Shown in pieces: positions 10,501-19,338 of a stretch of DNA of 64,000 bases. The translations under genes and the position numbers were made by a program. Within the stretch, counting starts at the first letter, position 1. Each line of letters begins with the position of its first letter. Below the pieces are notes generated by a model. It was not told where the DNA came from and made no database searches. It saw nothing but the letters and a program-made list of their open reading frames with translations. This DNA is from Nitrospirota bacterium (GTDB lineage: Bacteria > Nitrospirota > UBA9217): contig CAWIYV010000014.1 of the NCBI GenBank assembly GCA_963840455.1, positions 224,001 to 288,000 on the forward strand. The letters are read 5' to 3'.

Positions 10501-12160
10501 GGGCCGCATAGTCAACGAAACGAAGACCATCCTCAGCGTGGTCTACAGCACAAGCTACGCCTATGATAATGTTGGGAATGTTACGATGATCACCTACCCC
10601 AGTGGGAGGCGGGTAAATTACGGCTATACCAGCATGAATCGGCCTGCATTGGTCAGTCAACTATTGAACCGGAGCATGATGACCGTTGCCTCGAATTTTG
10701 CCTACGACAAAGTTGGAAATCAGGTCTCCATGACATATGGCAATGGCCTCTCCCAGAACCTGACTTATGACCGCGGCAACAGACTCGTGACAACCACGTC
10801 TCCCGGGACCGTGAGCGCCAACTACACCTACGATCCCGTCGGGAATATTGCAGCCATCAACGATTTGCTCGATCCCGCGAAGTCAAAGAACTTTACGTAC
10901 GACCCGCTGGACCGGCTCGCAACCGCACTCGGTCCATGGGGGTCGTTCGTATGGACCTATGATGCAAACGGCAACCGCCTGAGCCAGACAAACGGAGAGC
11001 AGCACACATACGTCTATGATGCAAACCGCCTCCAGACGGTCAGCAACGGCCATATTGATTACTACCGATACGACAAGAACGGAAACACGATTCAAGGGGG
11101 TCAGATGGATTTCGTGTATAATCAGAACCAGCGCCTGATCAAGGCTGTGCAAGGTGACAAGACGTTGGCTGAATATCGGTACAACGGCAACGGTCAGCGG
11201 GTCATCAAGAAGACCGGCCCGGCGGCAACGAACAGCGCCAGCAGTCAGAATACGGTTTATCATTATGACCTGTCTGGCAAACTGATCGAAGAAACCGACG
11301 GCAACGGAAAAATGAGCGTGGATTACGTTTATCTGAGCGGCAAGCCCCTTGCCATGATTACGAAGCAGTCGAATAATGAAAGGGTTTACTATTACCACAA
11401 CGATCATTTAGGAACCCCGCAGAGGATGACGGACGGAGCAAGAGGAATCGTCTGGTCTGCTGACTATAAGCCATTTGGGGAAGCCATGATTAATGTCTCA
11501 ACTATCACGAACAACCTGAGATTCCCGGGGCAGTACTACGATGCGGAGACGGGGTTACACTATAATTACTTCCGCGATTACAATTCCACCATTGGTCGAT
11601 ATATCGAGTACGACCCCATAGGGATGAAAGGAGGCATTAATCTTTTCTCATATGTGGGGAACAATGCACTTTACTGGACCGATCGATTGGGTTTATGGCC
11701 TACCAAGGATCACAATAAAATTATAGAGCGTTTTGTTTTTTTCTCCTTTCCGACACTAGACCCTATGTACCGTATAACGATAAGCCATGCGATAGAAGAG
11801 GGCAGCAGATACGCCGATACGTTCCAAGATCCTCAATACTCATATATTCATCATATGAGAGATGGGAGAACTGATCAGTCAAAGAATGATGCAGAGTTAT
11901 TGATGAACACGTTTATTAATAATCATCTCCAGAAATACAAATGTGACATGGCACAGGGCAATTACAATGAAGCATATAAAAATCTAGGGATGGCGTTACA
12001 CCCAATCATGGATTCGACTTCCCCATCGCATGGTGATTTTCTACCATGGAATGGGATAATACCACTTCTTCTGTCAGGGATACATGTTGCTGAGGAAGCA
12101 ATAATTAATGAGTCGCAGATACAGCAAGCAGTAGATAAAATGATTAAAATCCTTCAATGA
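7514..12160 (+). CDS. RHS/YD-repeat polymorphic toxin with N-terminal signal/TM and C-terminal Zn-phospholipase C/P1-nuclease-like domain
   Basis: Many YD repeats. RHS core YYHNDHLGTP...LRFPGQYYDAETGLHYNYFRDY...DPIG...TDRLGL. AT-rich tip WPTKDH...LGMALHPIMDSTSPSH. Confidence 0.9.
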   Translation: MRSVRIKFRYVIIFFFSLIIFLDYTAIGYCTTEQEVDKYVAAAQKPNCTVLKDKFNTSDGRVGYNISRKCFQQDWIKNIEAADTGVGPFQGAGCMGYPMSWAYACDNTGRSIGITSSTTVWRRSSSSRVTTYCDGTTRTNVYSLDWSVDCSYITKSPCPQSSSEYSCYSTEFLTQFLLDKCDIKVTKNTGQATIDPSSGGSVDLSASVLDSSGKPISWEIVLPNGKKVAGTGKSPSATWDGKDSQGKFPDLTPGQSTTVIASLSVWHSDDMSCKDTAGWNIKITMNKDCKLEIAFSSTANAGSGNLSHSQQLFSTKGAELALSVTLYYNSLDSYRGPLGAGWTHNYDVEIGESSDGYAVLREVDGGRKVYTKSGTSYISQPGDYSVLTKTADNAFVITHKDGIKYIFSQDGKIASIVDRNGNAITFAYTNGNLTAVTDPAGRVAALMYNADNRISAIHDPAGNTHSFSYTGNDLTTVSTSSSQLETRTWTYTYYADSFMYSKTDPNGNTTTYAYDDNHRVALSLDAEGKTKLISYPTGTDTTKTTIFTETDGGEWQYTYETQAGTLTQKTDPQGGETRFTYDGDRNMTSRIDPDGSATTFTYDTSGNLTSVTDALDQTTNYTYNSFGQVTAVTDAQANTTINGYDEKGNLVSVTDSNGAAITYQYDSKGNVTTVTDAAGQTTTYAYDQNGYLSSIADPTGASTSLAYDINGNITSRTDANGNPMYFEYNSQNQLLKVTDPAGNVTTFAYDKNGNQTSQTDARGNTIRYEYNFQGQVVKVIDALGNVTRYTYGGADCASCSSSGDKLTAVTDANGNTTRYEYDPSGRKTKEIDPLGNETSYTYDPKGNVLTQTDANGRVTSFTYDPLGRIKEQFDPLLGVVKFDYSPKSQVTKVTDPLGNTTIYEYDAAGRITKTSSPDTGTTTYAYNVTGTLAGKIDANGTTIAYTYNSVNKLIRIEYPDASQNITYTYDACTNGKGRICTMTDPSGTTAYGYDKLGRIVNETKTILSVVYSTSYAYDNVGNVTMITYPSGRRVNYGYTSMNRPALVSQLLNRSMMTVASNFAYDKVGNQVSMTYGNGLSQNLTYDRGNRLVTTTSPGTVSANYTYDPVGNIAAINDLLDPAKSKNFTYDPLDRLATALGPWGSFVWTYDANGNRLSQTNGEQHTYVYDANRLQTVSNGHIDYYRYDKNGNTIQGGQMDFVYNQNQRLIKAVQGDKTLAEYRYNGNGQRVIKKTGPAATNSASSQNTVYHYDLSGKLIEETDGNGKMSVDYVYLSGKPLAMITKQSNNERVYYYHNDHLGTPQRMTDGARGIVWSADYKPFGEAMINVSTITNNLRFPGQYYDAETGLHYNYFRDYNSTIGRYIEYDPIGMKGGINLFSYVGNNALYWTDRLGLWPTKDHNKIIERFVFFSFPTLDPMYRITISHAIEEGSRYADTFQDPQYSYIHHMRDGRTDQSKNDAELLMNTFINNHLQKYKCDMAQGNYNEAYKNLGMALHPIMDSTSPSHGDFLPWNGIIPLLLSGIHVAEEAIINESQIQQAVDKMIKILQ

Positions 12161-12173
12161 TGGGTGATTCCCT

Positions 12174-12602
12174 ATGAAAAAACTGCAGAGGTATCGAAAA
12201 AAAATGATCGTATTGGCAATTCCAGCAATTGTCTTCGTTATTCTTGAAATACCATTCAATCTCGTTGTATCCCCGGAGCGACGATTGACCTTCATTGATG
12301 CTGCAGGGAAGCCAATCGCTCACGCGGAAGTGTGGCAAGTCTGGCATCAATATTCGATAGGGGTGTCAGGAGATGAAAGTTTAAAGACGGATTCTGATGG
12401 CAGAGTCTATCTCCCGAAACATTCCATAAATACAAAAATTATTTCGCTTCTTGCTGGTGCGCTGCGAGAGTTCAAGAGTGTTGGAATTCATGCAAGCTAT
12501 GGTTCAAGTGAACATGTAATGATCAAAACAAGTGATCAAATTGTTAAATCATATTATGATGGAAAGGGATTGGAAAATGAGCTTGTAATTCTAGGCTGGT
12601 AA
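12174..12602 (+). CDS. Putative immunity protein (N-terminal TM, exported domain)
   Basis: Small AT-rich ORF 13 nt after the RHS stop, N-terminal hydrophobic helix, DAAGKPI-type beta-rich segment. Confidence 0.6.
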   Translation: MKKLQRYRKKMIVLAIPAIVFVILEIPFNLVVSPERRLTFIDAAGKPIAHAEVWQVWHQYSIGVSGDESLKTDSDGRVYLPKHSINTKIISLLAGALREFKSVGIHASYGSSEHVMIKTSDQIVKSYYDGKGLENELVILGW

Positions 12603-12611
12603 CGCCTAGCC

Positions 12612-12682
12612 TCGGGAGAAACATAGGGAAACAAGTAAGGACATATGGGAGACATATGGGCTATTGATGCATTTAATGCATA
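12612..12682 (+). repeat. Left end of REP-associated transposase element
   Basis: Tandem GGGA(G)ACATA-like units, then TTGATGCATTTAATGCAT, which is the inverted counterpart of ATGCACTAAATGCATCAACGTCCCC at 17551-17575. Confidence 0.6.
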
Positions 12683-12721
12683 ACGCTTGACAGACAGTAG
12701 GCGGTGGGATAGAAACGCCCC

Positions 12722-13142
12722 ATGCCACGCCAAGCCCGCCTCGATGCTCCCGGCGCACTGCATCACATCATGGTGGGCGGGATCAATAGGACCGATATAT
12801 TCGCTGACAGCCAGGACAAAGCCCGATTTCTCGAACGGTTAGGTGAAAACGTCACCGAGGGGAAATGCTCCATCTACGCATGGGTCCTTATAGACAACCA
12901 TGTACATCTGCTTTTTAAGACGATAAATATTGATTCAGTGATTTTATATTAGCCCTTGAAATCAAGGATAAATTCTTTGATCTCACGGGCTTTTCTTATT
13001 TACCGGACGCGTGCGCTCATCGCGCTTCGGTGCAGGGAAGAGATCGGGTGTTCAGGCGCTGAGATCGCCCGCCATCTCGGCGTCACTACCACCAGTATAA
13101 ATCGTGTAGTCGAGAGGGCGGAGAACGTCCCCAAAGTGCCCC
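12722..13142 (+). pseudogene. REP-associated tyrosine (Y1/HUH, IS200-like) transposase, internally deleted
   Basis: N-terminal fragment MPRQARLDAPGALHHIMVGGINR...DNHVHLL (HUH motif). Separate C-terminal HTH fragment GAEIARHLGVTTTSINR. Ends in AACGTCCCCAAAGTGCCCC. Confidence 0.85.
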
Positions 13143-13181
13143 TTACAGAACATTTCATCTTTTCAGGCCTGACCCCATACA
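13143..13181 (+). repeat. Island repeat A, copy 2
   Basis: 38/39 identical to 7273-7311; abuts the transposase right end. Confidence 0.9.
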
Positions 13182-13524
13182 CCACTTCCTGAAGTTGTTG
13201 TCGATGCGAATCTTAATAATATTCAATGCTTCATCTTGTAATTAGTGCTCCGTTCCGCCCTGCAGAATCAATCTTTTTCTTCGGATGTCTATCGTGGACT
13301 GACCTCCTTTTTACGAGAGCAAGTTGACTCCGAATCCCCTTTTTCTGTCTGCTCTTTTTTGATATTTTATGCAAATACCCCAAAAATACCCCGACCGTAC
13401 TCTTTACAGCATCAACAGCCCCTGCTATGCTTGAGATAGATTTTCACCCAAATGCGACGACATTCTGAAAAGCATTCAGAATGGATATAAATTTTTCATC
13501 GACACCTGCGTAACAAATAAATGA

Positions 13525-13641
13525 TTCCACGATAAAGCCAAACCCTTCGCGAGAGGGAGACGGAAAGCAACGGGTCTTGGAAGACAAGACGGCCGAGCTG
13601 CCGAAGGATAAAGCCTTTGGTATGCCCGGCCTTTTCTTTTT
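13525..13641 (+). ncRNA. c-di-GMP-I (GEMM) riboswitch with intrinsic terminator
   Basis: GATAAAGCCAAACC...GCGA...GACGGAAAGC...GGGTCT...GGCCGAGCTGCCGAA matches the GEMM pattern. 3' strand pairs with CCTTTGGTATGCCCGGC followed by a U-tract. Confidence 0.85.
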
Positions 13642-13871
13642 GCGCTACATTTGGCAACAATGAAATATGAAGATGCAAAGATTCTTATGTCTGACAATGA
13701 GAGCGATTTTCCGGTAGCCTGTGGAAAAAGGAATACCGTGAGTGTGAAGTAAGGCATGACGAAGGATCCGAAACGAAAAGGAGGTGGAAAAATGTAAAGG
13801 GCATTATGCAAAAGAATAAGGCATTGGGGAAATGGAAATAAGTTTAAAACCGAAAAGGAAAGGAGGGTGAA

Positions 13872-14465
13872 ATGAAAAGGACAATTGTTTTATTATGCGC
13901 TTTGTATTTGGTACTAGCTTTTGGAACGGCTTTTGCCGCGCCTGCCAAGAAAATTATAAATGTATTGGATGATATCCCCCCTGCCTGGAGTAAGACGCTC
14001 CAGTGCGACACAACGGCATGTCCCAGGTTTGAGCTGGTCATGGGGGGGGCGGCCGTGCTCGACCATGAAACGGGCCTTGTGTGGGAGCAGGCGCCGAATG
14101 CGCAACAGCTTTATTGGGTAGATGCTGTTACTGCTTGCGCTAATAAAAAAGTGGGCGACCGAATGGGATGGCACTTGCCGACATTTGAACAGCTGGCTAG
14201 TCTGGTGGATCCGACGAACGTAAATACCTGCTGCAGCCCCGCGCTTCCCATCGGCCATCCGTTCACCAATATATCGATGGGGGACGCATACCATTCGAGT
14301 ACCACCTTCACGGCCTACTTCTCGGGGCCGGACACCCCTAGTCTTTGGGTTAGAACCGTGCACTTCCGCTATGCCATAACGTCCGGAGTCGGTACTGAGT
14401 ACAACGCCGGAAGCTATGCCCATGTATGGTGTGTGCGTGGTGGACAAAGTCGTGATATTCCTTGA
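13872..14465 (+). CDS. Exported DUF1566 (Lcl C-terminal-like) protein
   Basis: Signal peptide, VLDHETGLVWEQ, WHLPTFEQLASL, terminal VWCVRGG. SD AGGAGG. Confidence 0.85.
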   Translation: MKRTIVLLCALYLVLAFGTAFAAPAKKIINVLDDIPPAWSKTLQCDTTACPRFELVMGGAAVLDHETGLVWEQAPNAQQLYWVDAVTACANKKVGDRMGWHLPTFEQLASLVDPTNVNTCCSPALPIGHPFTNISMGDAYHSSTTFTAYFSGPDTPSLWVRTVHFRYAITSGVGTEYNAGSYAHVWCVRGGQSRDIP

Positions 14466-14654
14466 TTTGGTCGTTCGAATTATTTGATGTCTTTTCATGC
14501 GAGGTGCAAGGGGGAGCCGGAAGGCTCCTCCACTTTTTCGGGGGAAGATCAACCAGTATTCTGCACCTCCAGTTTACGATTGTCATTGCAGGCTTGCAGG
14601 TGCAGCTGACGAAATAGTTGAAGAAAAATACTACACAGGAGGGGAGATTACGAT

Positions 14655-15002
14655 TTGACCCTGTATGGAAAAAATAAAAGAATTAATGGAAGAATGAAAC
14701 GGGAAATAGTTGTGGGAATCAAGACCAAAACGGAAGCGCGGGAGGCTTACACGATCGACCTTTCCGTTGGCGGAATTCGGGTTGGCGGCGCACTGCTGAA
14801 TCTTCCCCTGGGTGAGCAGGTGGAGCTAACGATGGCAAAAGGAGGAGAAAAAATTCCCTTCTCCGGCAGAGTTGCACGAGAAGATGGCATGTACCACCTT
14901 AATCGTATTGGACGCGATGTACTCGTATTTTTTATACGAATAACGGATGCGAAGTTCCCCGAGTTCGTGAGCAGTAATTATCATTTAGGATCGCTGCACT
15001 AA
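14655..15002 (+). CDS. PilZ-domain protein
   Basis: KRINGR (RxxxR) and TIDLSVGG (DxSxxG) motifs. Confidence 0.7.
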   Translation: MTLYGKNKRINGRMKREIVVGIKTKTEAREAYTIDLSVGGIRVGGALLNLPLGEQVELTMAKGGEKIPFSGRVAREDGMYHLNRIGRDVLVFFIRITDAKFPEFVSSNYHLGSLH

Positions 15003-15169
15003 TAGCCGTCTAGCATTTTCATATCATACTTCCAAAGCCTGGGATAAATCCTTCTTATCCGAGGCAAGGATTTCCATTTCCACCTTCACCTATGTAAATG
15101 CAGCAAAGTGAAAAGTTGCTCACTCTGAAAATTGACGGTGCATCATATATGTGATTAACTATAATCAGT

Positions 15170-15285
15170 TCCCGATAAAGCCAAACGCTCCATGAGGAGA
15201 GGAAGGAAAGCGGCGGGTCTTCAGGATGCGGAGATAGCCGAGCTGCCGAAGGATGATGCCTTTGGTATGCCCGGCTATTTTTATC
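15170..15285 (+). ncRNA. c-di-GMP-I riboswitch (second, more degenerate P2) with terminator
   Basis: CGATAAAGCCAAAC...GGAAAGC...GGGTCT...ATAGCCGAGCTGCCGAAGG...CCTTTGGTATGCCCGGCTATTTTT; paralog of the 13525 copy. Confidence 0.78.
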
Positions 15286-15458
15286 TTGTAGTCAAGTCGA
15301 AGGATCTTCGTCGCGGTTTAGAGGCCCAACGGAAAATGAACAGGCCATGACCCGGAGAACAAACAGTACCCGGCCTCGGGCCAGAACTTCTTGCTCAGTT
15401 TATTTTGATATAGTTAGAGATACGCAAATCTGCCCACCAGATGAACACGAGGTGCGCG

Positions 15459-16478
15459 ATGCCAAAGAAAAAAGATCTAATTATCATTGCGTTGCTTATC
15501 GTCTCGATAGCAAGCCTTTCTCCCTATGTGGTCGCAGAATCCACAGATGGCTATGCAATCACAGCTACAGCCAACGTTAACGGTAGTATTTCTCCCTCCG
15601 GAATGGTCTCTGTTGTTGCAGGCGGCAGCCAGACCCTCACCATCACTCCTGAACCCGGGTACCAGATATTAAGTGTGATCGTTGACGGTGCGAACGCGGG
15701 AGCGGTGAACAGCTACATGTTCACGAACATCCAGGCGGACCATTCTATCGCCGCCTACTTTAAGGCCGTCACCTACACACTCACGGCAACGGCAGAAGCG
15801 AACGGCGCCATCAGTGCTCCGGGGGTGAACACGGTCAATCCCGGGAGCAGCATGACCTTCATGATCACTCCGAATGCTGGATATCACGTAGCTGACGTTC
15901 TGGTGGACGGTGCTTCAGCAGGTGCGGTGACTTCCTATGTCTTCACCAATGTGGCGGCCAGTCACACGATCGCAGCCGCGTTTGCTGAAAATGTGTGGTT
16001 CATTGTCAATGCCAGCGCAGGAGCGAACGGCAGCATCTCGCCGTCTGGCAGGGGGGCTGTGCTCGGAGGCACTAACCAGAAGTACGCGATCACCCCTGCT
16101 TCAGGTTACCGGGTGGCTGACCTGGTTGTTGACGGAGAATTCAAGGGCGAGCTTGCCTCGTATACCTTCTACAGCGTCCAGGCAGCACACACGATCAGTG
16201 TCAGCTTCGATCTCGATGTGTATACCATCAATGTTTCGGCGGTTATGGGAGGAAGCGTCACCATATCGGGGTCATCGATCACGGCGACTACGGTGATCGG
16301 TGGAAAGAGCAGCACGATCACGGTGAATCCGGGAGCGAATGTCACCTTGAAGATCACCCCGGACGCAGGGCGATCGGTGCGGAGCGTGATCGATAACGGT
16401 GCGAACAAAGGGGCAGTCACGACCTATACCCTGACGAACATCAAAGCGAATCACACGATTAATGCGTACTTCAAGTAA
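15459..16478 (+). CDS. Exported protein built from divergent InlB B-repeat-like domains
   Basis: Signal peptide; four ~78-aa repeats with NGSISP.G, TITP..GY.V.DV.VDG, YTF.NV.A.HTI.A.F. Confidence 0.82.
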   Translation: MPKKKDLIIIALLIVSIASLSPYVVAESTDGYAITATANVNGSISPSGMVSVVAGGSQTLTITPEPGYQILSVIVDGANAGAVNSYMFTNIQADHSIAAYFKAVTYTLTATAEANGAISAPGVNTVNPGSSMTFMITPNAGYHVADVLVDGASAGAVTSYVFTNVAASHTIAAAFAENVWFIVNASAGANGSISPSGRGAVLGGTNQKYAITPASGYRVADLVVDGEFKGELASYTFYSVQAAHTISVSFDLDVYTINVSAVMGGSVTISGSSITATTVIGGKSSTITVNPGANVTLKITPDAGRSVRSVIDNGANKGAVTTYTLTNIKANHTINAYFK

Positions 16479-16506
16479 TATCATGATGGGATAACAAATT
16501 CTACCG

Positions 16507-16533
16507 AAGCCAGGCAGGAATGCCTGGCTTTTC
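16507..16533 (+). terminator. Intrinsic terminator
   Basis: AAGCCAGGCA-ggaa-TGCCTGGCTT followed by TTC. Confidence 0.65.
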
Positions 16534-16772
16534 AATAACTGGGGTTCTCCAAAAAATGATGCAGCCAAAGGTGAGAATTTTTGGTTTGCATGATACAACC
16601 TAGATCCTTTGCCTGTGTCACAAAATTGGCAGTGCAGTCATGTAGGTGAACTCAGCGAAGGCATTGGGCTTATCCGTACCGAATTTGTGCAGTACGCTCA
16701 AGGGGAGTGTTTCCGAGACGGGCAGTTTCAAAGTCCCCGTCAAATAATGAGCATGGATATTGCGAAGGGGGG

Positions 16773-17498
16773 TTACTTGCTTTCTTCGAGGAGGCGGTCC
16801 TTGAGACTTCTGGGTGAGATGCCGAAATGTGAGGGGATAAGTATTTCCTTCAGGTATATTTCCGGTTTTATTTTTTCACGCATCGCAACAGGAAGGAGAA
16901 ATGCAATCAACCCAGTTACGTAAAAATGATTTGGAAAGACTGACTTGTCGTTGCCAGCCCGGTTGTGCAGTATCATCCTGATAGCCCGGGCCGCTTCACT
17001 CTTTTCCTCATACTTGCCGTGGAACACCTGGACGATCCTCTTCTCAAGATGCTCCCGCAGTATCCTCATGCCGGGTTCTTTGTTCTGAAAGAAGTCGGGA
17101 GATATACGGAGGGCGTCAACGACTTGCTCATCGAGATCGAGGAGGCTCATCTTGCCCGACTCCACCATGCCACGGGTAATGTATTTCTCATAAAATGTCT
17201 TTTGCTCCCAAGAAGCATACTTGCCGTTTTCGAGGTCTTTAGTGACCTGGAAGAGAACACCCGATAATGAAAGGTGATCCGCGTAGTCCATGTATGCGAC
17301 ATATCGAAACCATCGGTTCTTCAGCTGTCCCTTTGGGGGTTGCGGAAAATAATTAAACTCGTGGAGACCGCCTTCAATTGGGAACGCGGTACCGACCAAC
17401 TCACCCGGCTTTATCCGAGAGAGTCCCGCCGCCTCCTTGTGGGCGGTGTACCGAAGCAATTGTTCCTTCGTCTTCTTCGTCTCCATCTTCATCACCAT
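16773..17498 (-). CDS. Hypothetical protein (possibly 5'-truncated)
   Basis: 241-aa ORF with no recognisable motif. Start lies 4 nt from a transposase remnant and has no clear SD. Confidence 0.6.
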   Translation of the reverse strand: MVMKMETKKTKEQLLRYTAHKEAAGLSRIKPGELVGTAFPIEGGLHEFNYFPQPPKGQLKNRWFRYVAYMDYADHLSLSGVLFQVTKDLENGKYASWEQKTFYEKYITRGMVESGKMSLLDLDEQVVDALRISPDFFQNKEPGMRILREHLEKRIVQVFHGKYEEKSEAARAIRMILHNRAGNDKSVFPNHFYVTGLIAFLLPVAMREKIKPEIYLKEILIPSHFGISPRSLKDRLLEESK

Positions 17499-17502
17499 TC
17501 GA

Positions 17503-17586
17503 TATAAATCGTGCAGTCGAGAGGGTGGAGCAACAGTCGTGAAGCGGGTAATGCACTAAATGCATCAACGTCCCCAATGTGCCCCA
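17503..17586 (+). mobile_element. Second remnant of the HUH transposase 3' end with intact right-end repeat
   Basis: 17503-17530 is 26/28 identical to 13096-13123; ends ATGCACTAAATGCATCAACGTCCCCAATGTGCCCC. Confidence 0.8.
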
Positions 17587-17633
17587 GTCCAGTGCCTTTC
17601 CCGGCCATGACTGACGTCTGAGACGGCCGGTAG
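17587..17633 (+). repeat. Island repeat B, copy 1 (47 bp)
   Basis: 44/47 identical to 19192-19238; contains a CCGGCC...GGCCGG stem. Confidence 0.9.
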
Positions 17634-17658
17634 TTCCCGGTTTTCAACTTCCGATGGT

Positions 17659-18897
17659 CTACTCGCACGGAAACTGCGCTTTCGCAGCAGCCCTGCACAC
17701 CATGGCCCCGAGACTCGGAAGATACTTGCACGCTTCCAGGGCCGCGACCTGGGAAGCGCAATTCGTCACCGCATCGCTTACCGACGGCCCCTGGCTCTGG
17801 ACCGCGGAGACCGGCATGACGGCGTCCGAAGCCTTTGCGGTCTTCAGGTCAACGAGTTTATTCTGCATCTGCTGGATATCGGCCAGGAGGTCCGCCATCT
17901 TCTTTTTATTCTGCAGCTCCTCCTCATCCCGGGTTGCCCGCGACGTCGATTCGATCATCGCCTCGACCACCACCTCGGGAATGCCCATTGTCTTGAGCTG
18001 GTCTATCTCGTCAAAGGAAAAGTCCTTGTACCTGCCCTTGCCCGACCGGATCTTTGCTGCAATGATATTGTTCCCGACGCCTTTCTTGCGGAACTCGGCT
18101 ATGTCGTGCACCCGTAAGCCTTCAGGACCGGTCAGGACGAGGCGGTATTTCTCAGGGACGAATTCTAATCCGTCCTCGTACGCAACGACGAACTTTCGGT
18201 GGTCCTCATACGACCCGTTCTGCATCCCGATGAGCGCCGCCATTGCCTGCAAGACCGGCCGCCTGTTGCCCGAGGAAGGAAAAGCCTTCAGGAACTGATC
18301 GTACGCATCGAACGTGTTCGCGCTTTTAGCCGCTTCGAACTCCTCTTTTCCGTCCGGAGGCGGAGGCGGGAGGATCCTGGCGTTGTCTGCTTCAGCATTC
18401 TCAGTCCGCGCGGCGGCTGCGGGCAGTCGTGCGGGTTTCTGCTGCTCCAGATAATTCGAAAGAAAAACGAGACACTTGTTAGCGCCTTCGCCCAATTTTG
18501 TAAGTTTCGCCATGGCGCCATCCACATCAGCCCCCTTCTCAATAAGCAGTTTCACCACGCCGGCGTGACCGCCGCAGGCAGCAGCGGAAAGAGGTGTCTG
18601 GCCTATCGTCGTGCCCGCGCTGTTCACGGCTGCACCTCTGTCAATCAAGACCTTGACGGCCTCCATGTGGCCGTTAAGAGATGCACACAACAAGGGAGTC
18701 GCGTTAAAATCGCCGCCGACTGACCACAGTCCACAACCCCCTCTCTCATCCACATTCCCGCCTTTATCAAGCAGCTCTTTTATGACAGGGGTATTCCCTT
18801 CGTATGCGGCGGTTGTTAATGCCCCACCAGTAACTGCGCACCCTGAGAACACGGATGATAAGAGGATGATGAAGACCAATGCCATAAGCTTTTTCAT
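17659..18897 (-). CDS. Ankyrin-repeat lipoprotein
   Basis: MKKLM... signal with FSGC lipobox; ankyrin repeats TPLLCASLNGH, TPLSAAACGGH; SD GGAGG. Confidence 0.85.
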   Translation of the reverse strand: MKKLMALVFIILLSSVFSGCAVTGGALTTAAYEGNTPVIKELLDKGGNVDERGGCGLWSVGGDFNATPLLCASLNGHMEAVKVLIDRGAAVNSAGTTIGQTPLSAAACGGHAGVVKLLIEKGADVDGAMAKLTKLGEGANKCLVFLSNYLEQQKPARLPAAAARTENAEADNARILPPPPPDGKEEFEAAKSANTFDAYDQFLKAFPSSGNRRPVLQAMAALIGMQNGSYEDHRKFVVAYEDGLEFVPEKYRLVLTGPEGLRVHDIAEFRKKGVGNNIIAAKIRSGKGRYKDFSFDEIDQLKTMGIPEVVVEAMIESTSRATRDEEELQNKKKMADLLADIQQMQNKLVDLKTAKASDAVMPVSAVQSQGPSVSDAVTNCASQVAALEACKYLPSLGAMVCRAAAKAQFPCE

Positions 18898-19165
18898 AAT
18901 CCGCCTCCACTTCATTATTCGTATTGTCATGATCTCGGCGTTGCAGTTACATAATTCTTTTGCATCTTATAAAAGATCACTGCAGCAAGGACCGCGGAAA
19001 GGCCAGGAACTTTCTCTTTCCTTGCCTACAAAGATACCATAAATAAAAAGTCTTGGCAAGAAAAATTGTGAATCCAGGGGCAAGCGTTTCTTGCAGCCCG
19101 GTGATGGTGTGGATCTGATGTGGGCCTTACTCGATTGTTGAGGATATCAGGATCAGGACCGTCGA

Positions 19166-19238
19166 GGGTCAGTCCTGAAAAGATGAAAATTGTCCAATGC
19201 CTTTTCCGGCCATGACTGATGTCTGAGACGGCCGGTAG
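19166..19238. repeat. Inverted repeat A core (19166-19187) followed by repeat B copy 2 (19192-19238)
   Basis: GGGTCAGTCCTGAAAAGATGAA is the reverse complement of the repeat A core (21/22), followed 4 nt later by repeat B. Confidence 0.85.
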
Positions 19239-19338
19239 ATTACGGCAGATCACCGAAGTCAGATCGAAAGCCTTTCCCTCCCACCGGATAATCATCATTT
19301 CCGCAGCTTATAAATCCTCCAAATAACCCCATATTTGC

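Noticed and set aside
13240-13312. Strong SD (AAGGAGGTCA) on the minus strand
   Set aside because: Followed by ATA rather than a start codon and an early stop; at most a decayed gene start with nothing identifiable.
13525-15285. cGAMP-sensing (GEMM-Ib) riboswitch variant
   Set aside because: The discriminating position is G in both aptamers by manual alignment, as in c-di-GMP binders.
17587-19238. Integron attC sites for repeats A and B
   Set aside because: No RYYYAAC...GTTRRRY box pair and no integron integrase in the window.
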